Below, in pieces: positions 54,252 to 64,000 of a DNA stretch of 64,000 bases (the first letter of the stretch is position 1; each line of letters opens with the position of its first letter). The notes under the pieces were generated by a model that saw only the letters and a list, made by a program, of their open reading frames with translations, was not told where the DNA came from and made no database searches. The DNA comes from Candidatus Moraniibacteriota bacterium. GTDB taxonomy: Bacteria > Patescibacteriota > Minisyncoccia > Moranbacterales > UBA2206. Made by a program: the position numbers and the translations under genes. The stretch is from positions 7,994 through 71,993 of the forward strand of contig CAVZKT010000002.1 of NCBI GenBank assembly GCA_963775955.1, in the 5' to 3' direction.

Positions 54252-54930
54252 CCGCAGGCTTGCCCTCCAGATTAAAAACTCTGAATGCGTCGCCTCTTTT
54301 CAGAAGTTTTTTAATTTCAGTGCCGTTTTCGTTAGTGTAAACGGCTACATTATCTTCGGCCGCGAATCCCTGGATTCCGGCCTCTCTTTCAGATTGGGCG
54401 GATTTTTTGTCCACTGAATTTGCCCAGCCTTGTTCCGCGTTTTTCCATCCTCTGGCCGTACTTTGGCTTAAGTTTGGAAAAATTGTTCCATATATCAGCA
54501 GTCCGAAAAGTATTGCGACCGTGGGTGCTGTCAGCCAGCGAGTAAATTTGATTATTTTACCCATGACTGGCAGGCTATTGAATATTCTCGGCAGAGTAAA
54601 AAGGAAAAACCAGAGAGGAAACAACAAGCCGAAAACTATCCCGGTTTTCCCCCATCCGATTGCGTAGCCAAAGGTAGTAGATGCTGTGAAAAATAGCAGT
54701 CCGAACAGCACATATACTGCCAGCGAGATCACGAGAATTATGAGTACAACTATTCCAGCTGCTGCAAGAGCGCTTCCAATTTGCTGCCAGGTTGGCATAA
54801 AAGCCGCGATGTTCCAGAATGTGCCGCCGATAAAACGGGCGATGGCAGCGCGGACAGTTGCACTGAAAATGCAAGCTACTCCAATTACTGCTACCATAGT
54901 CAGAATTAATATAATGGCTGCCTGTATCAT
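54208..54930 (-). CDS. hypothetical polytopic membrane protein
   Basis: 240 aa, about 6 TM helices. AGGAGG RBS and a TAATG overlap with the upstream gene. Confidence 0.55.
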   Translation of the reverse strand: MIQAAIILILTMVAVIGVACIFSATVRAAIARFIGGTFWNIAAFMPTWQQIGSALAAAGIVVLIILVISLAVYVLFGLLFFTASTTFGYAIGWGKTGIVFGLLFPLWFFLFTLPRIFNSLPVMGKIIKFTRWLTAPTVAILFGLLIYGTIFPNLSQSTARGWKNAEQGWANSVDKKSAQSEREAGIQGFAAEDNVAVYTNENGTEIKKLLKRGDAFRVFNLEGKPADERRNRTTSGCSAE

Positions 54931-55704
54931 TATTTTATCCTCCTGTTCTGGTATCTTTCTTTGGCTTTCTCGAAGTAGCTCAAAGAGCTTTTGTCGAGTT
55001 CGGCTAGGTTTTCTTTTTGACCTTCCGTAATACTTTTACCTGCCTGAATTGCTGCACCGCTGGTGGCTTTTACAACCCTTCGCAATGTTTCAGGAATCGT
55101 TGCTTTCTTTTTCTCGGAGATCAGCGAAAAAACATTTTTCCCCTGAAGAAATAAAACTTTTTCTTCAGGCTTGTCTCGCTTGAGAAGTTCTTTGAAAAAT
55201 TTCTCCCGCGAGAACGAAACCTTTTTCGTAATCAGTAAACGATGTTTCTTCCCGAGGACCAGTTTCCCCCTTTTTTGGATTTTGGGATTTTTTAGTTTCC
55301 CGCTTTAACTGCTGGACGATATGTGCTACAAAAAGCACATAAGCTTCCGCTTTTTTGGGATTCTGGTTGCGCAGATAGACTTCAAAGTCGTCTATCTTTG
55401 CTCGATCATCCGTCGTAAGCTTTGCCTCGGTTGAATAAAGCGCGGCGGCATAAACTATTTCATCCGCTACGCTTTTACTGGCTGCTGCCGTGTCAAAACC
55501 GAGAATAGTTTCTAATTTTTTAGTAAGCTTCTCGGCTCCTTTCTCACTTAGCTTCTGAAAGGCTGTTTTCAGAATAATACCAAAAACCGGTATTGCCGTG
55601 AGTGCTGTTACCCAGCGATCAATTTTTTCAAATTTACCCGGGCCTCTTCTTCCTTCTTCCTTCTTTTCGTCAGTCATAATAAACCTCCTTCGCCTTTTCG
55701 GCAT
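54930..55704 (-). CDS. hypothetical membrane-anchored protein (frameshift near 55200)
   Basis: ORF 55165-55704 continues in another frame as ELLKRDKPEEKVLFLQGKNVFSLISEKKKATIPETLRRVVKATSGAAIQAGKSITEGQKENLAELDKSSLSYFEKAKERYQNRRIK. Confidence 0.45.
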
Positions 55705-55891
55705 TCTTTATAGATTTTTTGGTTAATTTATTCACTTTTCAAAGGGCTTTCGTCTCATCCATGCCCATCCCTTCATTACATTCTGTAACAGGGAATACTA
55801 GCATAAATACAGCTGGAAGTCAATGGCTTGGCTGTTTTTGGCTTATACAAGCCTCCTCAAAAGCGGGAGAAATATGTGAACATCCACTTGA

Positions 55892-56000
55892 CCCCGTTAG
55901 AAGTTCACAGACGTCTTTTTTCACATAGATACGCGCGAGCGAAGCGGCTTTACCTTTAAGTATTCTTTTTGGTGGATACTTTCCAAAAATTCTAACGGGG
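55892..56000 (+). repeat. CCCCGTTAGA-type inverted-repeat element
   Basis: CCCCGTTAGAA (55892-55902) / TTCTAACGGGG (55990-56000). Confidence 0.8.
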
Positions 56001-56029
56001 TTGACTTTCTGATGGAGGCTTGCTAAGAT
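56001..56029 (+). promoter_or_regulatory. sigma70-type promoter TTGACT-N17-TAAGAT (extended -10 TGC) abutting the repeat arm, upstream of nusA
   Basis: GGGGTTGACTTTCTGATGGAGGCTTGCTAAGATAT, paralogous to 39915-39949. Confidence 0.55.
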
Positions 56030-56107
56030 ATAAATGTGATACAGTTATGAGTGATCCGCATGAGGCGGGTCTTTTTTTAAGAAATTAACTAAATCTAAAT
56101 AAAACTT

Positions 56108-57538
56108 ATGAGAAAAAAGAAGAATAATAAATCACAGGATAATATTCAGGGAGGACTGGGTGATTTTAGCAGCGCTATCTCGGCGCTCTGCGAAGAAAAA
56201 GGCATCTCCAAAGAGAAGGTGATTGAAACGATTGAAGCGGCGCTGGCAGCGGCCTATAAAAAAGATTATGGCAAAAAGGGACAAAACATCAAGGCGGTTT
56301 TTGATGAAAAAACCGGCGGCACCAAGTTTTTTCTGGTAAAAGAAGTAGTGGACGAAACTCTGCGGGAATTTGTCACTGAAGAAGAATTGGCAAAGCGGGT
56401 AGCGCAGAGAGAAGCAGAAAAAAAAGCGGGTGAATCCGCCTCTGTCCCGATGGACATCGGGGCTAAGGCGGATGAGGCAGAAAAACTGCCGAGGTATAAC
56501 CCGGAAAGAGACTTAACGCAAAAAGAAGCCAAAAAAATAAAAAAAGACGCGGCTGTCGGGGACGTGATTGAAATTGAACTGGAAACCAAGCGGGATTACG
56601 GGCGCGTAGCGGCGCAAACTGCCAAGCAGGTTATCATCCAGCGGATTCGGGAAGCGGAAAGGGACGCGATGTATGACGAATACAAAGACAAGGAAGGACA
56701 GATTGTGAGCGGCGTTGTGCAAAGGATTGAAGGCCGCAATGTTTTTGTGGATCTGGGAAAATCCATCGGAGTTTTATTTCCGTCCGAGCAGGTGGAGCGG
56801 GAAAGCTATCGCATCGGGCAAAGGCTTAAGATTTATATCCAGAAAGTGGAAGCCGGATCAAAAGGTCCCGGCATCACTTTGAGCCGGGTGCATCCCTTGA
56901 TGATCCAGAAACTGTTTGAACTGGAAGTTCCGGAAATTTTCGCGGGCACAGTGGAAATCAAGGCTATCGCGCGCGAAGCGGGGGAGCGGACCAAGATAGC
57001 GGTGTCTTCCACGGAAGAAGGAATTGATCCAATCGGATCCTGTGTCGGGCAGAAAGGCACGCGGGTGCAGACTGTGATCGAAGAGCTGGGCGGGGAAAAA
57101 ATTGATATTATTCTTTGGAACGACGATGTGGCGAAATTTATCGCGTCGGCTTTGTCGCCGGCCAAGGTTTTAAAAGTGGATATCAAAGAGGCGCAGAAAG
57201 ATGCAGTGGTAAGCGTTCCGGAAGACCAATTGTCTCTGGCCATCGGGAAGCGCGGGCAGAATGTCCGCCTGGCGGCCAAGCTTACCGGCTGGAAAATTGA
57301 TATTATGGGAGTGAAAATCGGCGGCCAGCCCGCAGCGGGTGCAGCGCTTCTGGCGGGCGAAGTTGTAAAAGCGGAAGAAGTTATCGCGGACGCGGAGGAA
57401 GCCGCGGAACCTGCGGAAAAAGTAGTGGATACGGAAGTAAAGACCGAAGAAGTAGTCGAAGAAAAGAAAGAAAAAAAGAGCAAGAAAAAAACGAAAAATA
57501 AAGAAGCAAAAAAAGATGAAGGAGAAATCAAAAAATAA
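56108..57538 (+). CDS. nusA: transcription termination/antitermination factor NusA with long acidic/Lys-rich tail
   Basis: S1 (GQIVSGVVQRIEGRNVFVDLG) and two KH domains (GSCVGQKGTRVQ, AIGKRGQNVRLA). Confidence 0.92.
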   Translation: MRKKKNNKSQDNIQGGLGDFSSAISALCEEKGISKEKVIETIEAALAAAYKKDYGKKGQNIKAVFDEKTGGTKFFLVKEVVDETLREFVTEEELAKRVAQREAEKKAGESASVPMDIGAKADEAEKLPRYNPERDLTQKEAKKIKKDAAVGDVIEIELETKRDYGRVAAQTAKQVIIQRIREAERDAMYDEYKDKEGQIVSGVVQRIEGRNVFVDLGKSIGVLFPSEQVERESYRIGQRLKIYIQKVEAGSKGPGITLSRVHPLMIQKLFELEVPEIFAGTVEIKAIAREAGERTKIAVSSTEEGIDPIGSCVGQKGTRVQTVIEELGGEKIDIILWNDDVAKFIASALSPAKVLKVDIKEAQKDAVVSVPEDQLSLAIGKRGQNVRLAAKLTGWKIDIMGVKIGGQPAAGAALLAGEVVKAEEVIADAEEAAEPAEKVVDTEVKTEEVVEEKKEKKSKKKTKNKEAKKDEGEIKK

Positions 57539-57597
57539 AAGATATCCTCGCCTTATGATTTTTCTAAAAACTAATTAATTATATAAAGTAAAAATAT

Positions 57598-59709
<2,112 letters not shown>

Positions 59710-59723
59710 TATAAAGTTTTGTT

Positions 59724-60539
59724 ATGCCGGAAAAATTTGAAAATCTGTATTCCCTAGATAAAGCTCAAGACGAAGCCAATTTAGTGCGGGAAAAAATTGA
59801 AAAAGGATATACAATGGATTGTACTGAAGATGAAAAGTTAATTAAAGATGAGAAAAAGGAAGATTGGAAGAAAAAGTATGAGGAGAGAAAAGCTGAAATT
59901 AAAACTCCAGATGAGAAATTGATAAAAAGAATCGGGGGAAAAAAAGGCAATGCATATCAGGACAGCGGAATGAAGTGGATGTGGCGTAATTTGATTGAAA
60001 ATGAAGATAGTTTAAGGAATTATTTAAAAAATAAAACATTGTTTGACGTTGGATGTGGAAAAGTTGGAAATAGAACCGCAGCTTATTTAACTGGAAAGAA
60101 AAGATTTTGGGATCCAAATCTCCGTGAGTTTAAGGATGGTCATCAGTTTGATTTAAAAATAAAAAACATAATTTCAGTCGATCCCTTTGTTGATCTCAAT
60201 GCCAAGACAAAATCAGAAATAGATAAAGGACGTATTAAAGAAAAAGCTAGTCAATTTATAAAAAATGATGGCTTATCATTTTTAATTTCACAGGAAGCTG
60301 GATCTGGAAATAATCTTACGATCAACATAAATTATGCCCTGATTCCAGATGAGGAGTATTTGAAAAGACTAGCCCAAGAAATATTTAGAGTGACCCCAAA
60401 TGACGGAATATTTATATCAGGAGGTTCTGATTTAATAGAAAGAGAAGCAAAAACCCTTTTTCCTTTTTATAGAAGCCTAGGAACTTTAGTAGTATTCGCT
60501 AAAAAAGATGTTGAAGGATTTTTTCAAAAATCAAAATAA
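59724..60539 (+). CDS. hypothetical protein (possible methyltransferase fold, weak)
   Basis: 271 aa. LFDVGCGKVGN resembles SAM motif I. Confidence 0.4.
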   Translation: MPEKFENLYSLDKAQDEANLVREKIEKGYTMDCTEDEKLIKDEKKEDWKKKYEERKAEIKTPDEKLIKRIGGKKGNAYQDSGMKWMWRNLIENEDSLRNYLKNKTLFDVGCGKVGNRTAAYLTGKKRFWDPNLREFKDGHQFDLKIKNIISVDPFVDLNAKTKSEIDKGRIKEKASQFIKNDGLSFLISQEAGSGNNLTININYALIPDEEYLKRLAQEIFRVTPNDGIFISGGSDLIEREAKTLFPFYRSLGTLVVFAKKDVEGFFQKSK

Positions 60540-60557
60540 TCTAAAACAAAAAAGATA

Positions 60558-61184
60558 ATGTTAATTTTCATTGATGATTCCGGGGATGCCGGGTTTAAAT
60601 TAGATAAAGGCTCAAGCAAGTTTTTTGTAATCAGCGCGGTTATTTTTGACGATAATCTCGAAGCCGAAAAAACAGCCGTGGCGATCAAGCAGTTTCGCAG
60701 GGACGCGGGATTTTCCGATAGGGTAGAATTTAAGTTCAATAAATCCAGGAGAAAAATTCGCGAAGGCTTCCTGAAAACAGTAAACACTTTCAATTTCAGA
60801 ATTAGGAATCTGATTATTGACAAAAGTTTAATACGAAGCGAAGAGCTGCGAAATAACAGAGAATCATTTTACAGTTACGCGATAAAGATGCTTTTGAAAT
60901 ACAGCAACAAGACCATTTCAGAAGCCTCCATAAAAATAGATGGAAGCGGAGACAGGATTTTCAGGAAAACATTTCTTTCCTATTTGAGAAAACAGCTGAA
61001 TACTAAAGAAGCAAAAATTATAAAAAAGTGCAAACTGGTAAATTCAAAAAACAATGTTTTGATTCAACTGGCGGATATGGTTGCGGGAAGTGTGAGAAGA
61101 TCTTATGATAAGGAAAAGACCGATCACGATGTCTATAAAAATATCATAAAAAAGCACATTGAAGACGAATGGAAATTCAAGTAG
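60558..61184 (+). CDS. DUF3800-domain protein
   Basis: MLIFIDDSGDAGF...FFVISAVIF...QLADMVAGSV. Confidence 0.7.
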   Translation: MLIFIDDSGDAGFKLDKGSSKFFVISAVIFDDNLEAEKTAVAIKQFRRDAGFSDRVEFKFNKSRRKIREGFLKTVNTFNFRIRNLIIDKSLIRSEELRNNRESFYSYAIKMLLKYSNKTISEASIKIDGSGDRIFRKTFLSYLRKQLNTKEAKIIKKCKLVNSKNNVLIQLADMVAGSVRRSYDKEKTDHDVYKNIIKKHIEDEWKFK

Positions 61185-61364
61185 AATAAAAAACAGCCCC
61201 GAAGGGCTATTTCCGACCACGTTCCTATGCTGGATGTCCCAGCCACACCACCATCCGGTGATAGTTCAGAATACAGGTCTTTGTGCTTATAATACTAGCA
61301 TAACTAAAAAATATTTCAAGTTAAATTGTCCACAGCCTAAAATATGGCTTAAATAAGGAATTTT

Positions 61365-62675
61365 ATGAATATGAATAATGCGAGTATAAAAAAACTGCCA
61401 AAATCTAAAATTGAATTTGAAATAACCGTTCTGTGGGCGGAATGGGGGAAATATCTGGACCGGGCGGCCAGCGAAGTTTCGGGAGAAATAAAAATTCCCG
61501 GTTTTCGTCCGGGAAAAGCGCCGCGGAACATTGTGGAACAAAAAGTCGGCAAGGGCGCGGTCTTGAATACAGCGGCGGAAAAAGCGGTGCAAAAAGCTTA
61601 TGCTGATTTTGTCATGAAGGAAAAGCTGGAAGTAATCGGCAGTCCGGAAATTACCATTGAAAAATTAGAAGAAGGCAATGACTTTATTTTTAAAGCGCAA
61701 GTGGCGATAATGCCGGGAGTCGAACTTAAAGAAAAATATAAAAAAGCCGTTAAAAAAATCAACGCGGAACATAAAGAAAAAAAAGCGGAAATAAGCGAAG
61801 ACGAAATTGAACTGGAAATGGAAAAGCTGGCCAATTCCAGGGTAAAATTAGTGACAGTGAGAAGAGAAGCGAAAAGCAATGATAGCGTGGAAATAGATTT
61901 TACGGTTCTGGTAAATAATGTTCCGATTGAAGGCGGCACTTCCAAAAATCATCCGCTGATTATCGGCCGCGGAGTTTTTATTCCCGGATTTGAAGACAAT
62001 ATCATCGGTATGCGGGAAGGCGAAGAAAAAGAATTTGAGCTGGCGTTTCCCGCGGATTATCACAAAAAAGACCTGGCCGGGGAAAACGCAACCTTCAAAG
62101 TAAAAATGAATCTGGTGCAGGAAAGGCAGGTGCCGGAACTCAATAATGAGTTCGCGAAATCTTTGGGAAATTTTGAAAATTTGGAAGCGCTCAAAAAAAA
62201 TATCCAGGAAGGCATGATTGAGGAGCGGGCGATAAAATTAAAGGAGCGGAAAAGAAATGAATTTATTGAAAAAATAATCGAAAATTCCGAAATTGAACTG
62301 CCGGAAATTTTAACGCGCGGTGAAATCCATCAGATGATGCACGAATTTGAGCAAAACCTGGCGCCGATGGGAATGAATTTGGACCAGTATCTCGCCAAAC
62401 TGAAAAAAGACAAAAAAGAACTGGAAAAAGACTGGGAACCGGTGGCCGAAAAGCGGGTGAAGTCAGCGCTGCTGCTCAAGGAAATCGCCAAACTGGAAAA
62501 TATCGCCGCCGATTCAGCGGAAATTGAAGCGGAAATGAACAAGACGATGCAATTCGCCGTGGCGAACAAGAATGTCAAAAATCTGGAGAAGAATATTGAT
62601 ATGGAAAGATTGTATAACCATATGAAGGGAATGCTGGAAAATGAAAAAGTGTTTAATTACCTTGAAAAATTATAA
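61365..62675 (+). CDS. tig: trigger factor
   Basis: PGFRPGKAPRNIVEQK, FKBP-type middle domain, 436 aa. Upstream of clpP. Confidence 0.92.
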   Translation: MNMNNASIKKLPKSKIEFEITVLWAEWGKYLDRAASEVSGEIKIPGFRPGKAPRNIVEQKVGKGAVLNTAAEKAVQKAYADFVMKEKLEVIGSPEITIEKLEEGNDFIFKAQVAIMPGVELKEKYKKAVKKINAEHKEKKAEISEDEIELEMEKLANSRVKLVTVRREAKSNDSVEIDFTVLVNNVPIEGGTSKNHPLIIGRGVFIPGFEDNIIGMREGEEKEFELAFPADYHKKDLAGENATFKVKMNLVQERQVPELNNEFAKSLGNFENLEALKKNIQEGMIEERAIKLKERKRNEFIEKIIENSEIELPEILTRGEIHQMMHEFEQNLAPMGMNLDQYLAKLKKDKKELEKDWEPVAEKRVKSALLLKEIAKLENIAADSAEIEAEMNKTMQFAVANKNVKNLEKNIDMERLYNHMKGMLENEKVFNYLEKL

Positions 62676-62679
62676 TTTT

Positions 62680-62815
62680 TCAAAAATCCAAAATTCAAAA
62701 TCTCAAATTCCAAATAAATCACAATGACCAAAATCAAAAATTTTAAACTGTTTTGAATTTAAAAAATTCGAATTTGGAATTTATTTAGGATTTGTAATTT
62801 ATAATTTGTAATTTT
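62680..62815 (+). repeat. low-complexity word hairpin in the tig-clpP spacer
   Basis: CAAAAATCCAAAATTCAAAATCTCAAATTCCAAATAAATC ... GAATTTGGAATTTATTTAGGATTTGTAATTTATAATTTG. Confidence 0.7.
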
Positions 62816-62829
62816 TTAATTCATTTGAT

Positions 62830-63430
62830 ATGAATAAAAATAATATAGTTAACCAATATCTAATTCCCACAGTCATTGAAAAAACCACCTATGGCGAACG
62901 CGCTTATGATATTTATTCGCGCCTGCTTAAAAGACCGGATAATTTTTCTAGGCGGGCCGATTGATGATCTGGCGGCCAACAGCATCATCGCCCAGCTTTT
63001 ATTTTTGGATTCGCAGAACAACAAAGAGGATATCAAAATTTATATCAATTCTCCGGGCGGATCGGTGACGGCGGCGCTGGCAATTTATGACACGATGCAG
63101 TATGTGAAAGCGGACGTAGCCACGATTTGCATCGGCATGGCGGCTTCGGCCGCGGCTCTTCTGCTTTCGGCCGGAGCCAAAGGCAAGCGCAATATTCTTC
63201 CCAACGGAGAAGTGATGATCCACCAGATTATGGGCGGCGCGGAGGGGCAGGCGACGGATGTGGCGATCCACGCCAATCATATTTTAAAAATCAAGCAGAA
63301 GCTGAATGAAATTATGGCTAGGCATACCGGCCAGCCGGTTTCCAAAGTGGAAAAAGACGCCGAACGGGACTATTTTATGAGCGCCGACGAAGCCAAAAAA
63401 TATGGGATTGTGGATAGGATTATCAAATAG
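62830..63430 (+). CDS. clpP: ATP-dependent Clp protease proteolytic subunit (one frameshift near 62927)
   Basis: [34 protein letters not shown] / [12 protein letters not shown]...[18 protein letters not shown]...[11 protein letters not shown]...MIHQ. An extra A in an A-run. Confidence 0.92.
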
Positions 63431-63585
63431 AATGTACAAAGTATAAAGATAAAAATTCCCTTCAGTTCGGGGAATTTTTGCTTTATTTGAGCCAGTTTAT
63501 TTGAAAGTGAAATAAATCTATTGACATATATGTAAATATGATATATCCTTGCAATAGCGTAACTAATTGGCTAAATAAATAACAT

Positions 63586-63810
63586 ATGACAGAAGTAACA
63601 ACAAATAAGCGAGAACGCTTTAAACGGCTAGGTGCATATAGAACAAATGAAGTGCTTAAAAAGCTCAAGGTTCTTGGTAATTGCTCCAATCGGAGTGCTT
63701 ATGAATATACAGAAGAAGAAATTGGAAAGATTTTTTCAGAAATTGAAAGAGCAGTTAGAGAAACAAAATCAAAATTTCACTTTAGCAAACATAAAGAATT
63801 TAAATTATAA
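63586..63810 (+). CDS. hypothetical protein
   Basis: 74-aa ORF in an AT-rich segment. Confidence 0.4.
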   Translation: MTEVTTNKRERFKRLGAYRTNEVLKKLKVLGNCSNRSAYEYTEEEIGKIFSEIERAVRETKSKFHFSKHKEFKL

Positions 63811-63816
63811 AAAAAT

Positions 63817-64000
63817 ATGAAATCAGTAAAATTATCCAAACAAGAAAAAATATTGTTAGCACTGCTTGAGCTTTCGAAAAGTTCAAAAAATAATTTGAAG
63901 TTCGAAGATGTTGTTGTTAGTATATTCAGAAAATTTCCCGATGACTTTCATTTAAAGGGATACAAAGAATATCCTGATGCCGATGCAATACGAAGACCTC
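63817..64000 (+). CDS. hypothetical protein, N-terminal part (runs off window end)
   Basis: MKSVKLSKQEKILLALLELSKSSKNNLKFEDVVVSIFRKFPDDFHLKGYKEYPDADAIRRP, open to the edge. Confidence 0.4.
   Translation, partial: MKSVKLSKQEKILLALLELSKSSKNNLKFEDVVVSIFRKFPDDFHLKGYKEYPDADAIRRP

Overview
This window reads as a low-GC, gene-dense bacterial chromosome segment of the Candidate Phyla Radiation / Patescibacteria type. That placement is inference from gene content, VirB2/TrbC-like pilin paralogs, and tRNAs that mostly lack an encoded CCA. I call about 67 protein genes, mostly housekeeping: comM, lspA, pnp, rpsO, pcrA, xerC/D-like, gyrA, rpsA, tilS, ftsH, cca, rluD, rplS, udg, nfo, nrnA, rbfA, infB, nusA, hppA, tig and clpP. 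I also call 15 intact tRNA genes.

Five things stand out.

1. tRNA islands at 31.5-32.3 kb and 33.85-38.3 kb hold intact tRNAs nested inside interrupted copies of related tRNA-like genes. The interruptions are bounded by GC-rich inverted repeats (CCCCGTTAGA / CCCCGCACC type). Two homing-endonuclease-like ORFs (GIY-YIG, LAGLIDADG-like) sit between a partial and a complete tRNA copy.
2. Five tandem genes at 50.0-53.6 kb carry six VirB2/TrbC-like two-helix pilin domains, some fused to Cys-rich secreted modules. No secretion ATPase is in view.
3. Several families of small palindromic elements occur in intergenic regions and, apparently in frame, inside essential genes.
4. Repeated promoter-bearing modules and a roughly 190-bp long-hairpin repeat are present.
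5. About 30 frame disruptions hit essential genes. I attribute most to random indel errors in the assembly, but a few coincide with inserted elements.

All calls come from reading the sequence and the ORF track. Functions are from remembered family motifs, not searches. Repeat and RNA coordinates are good to a few nt.
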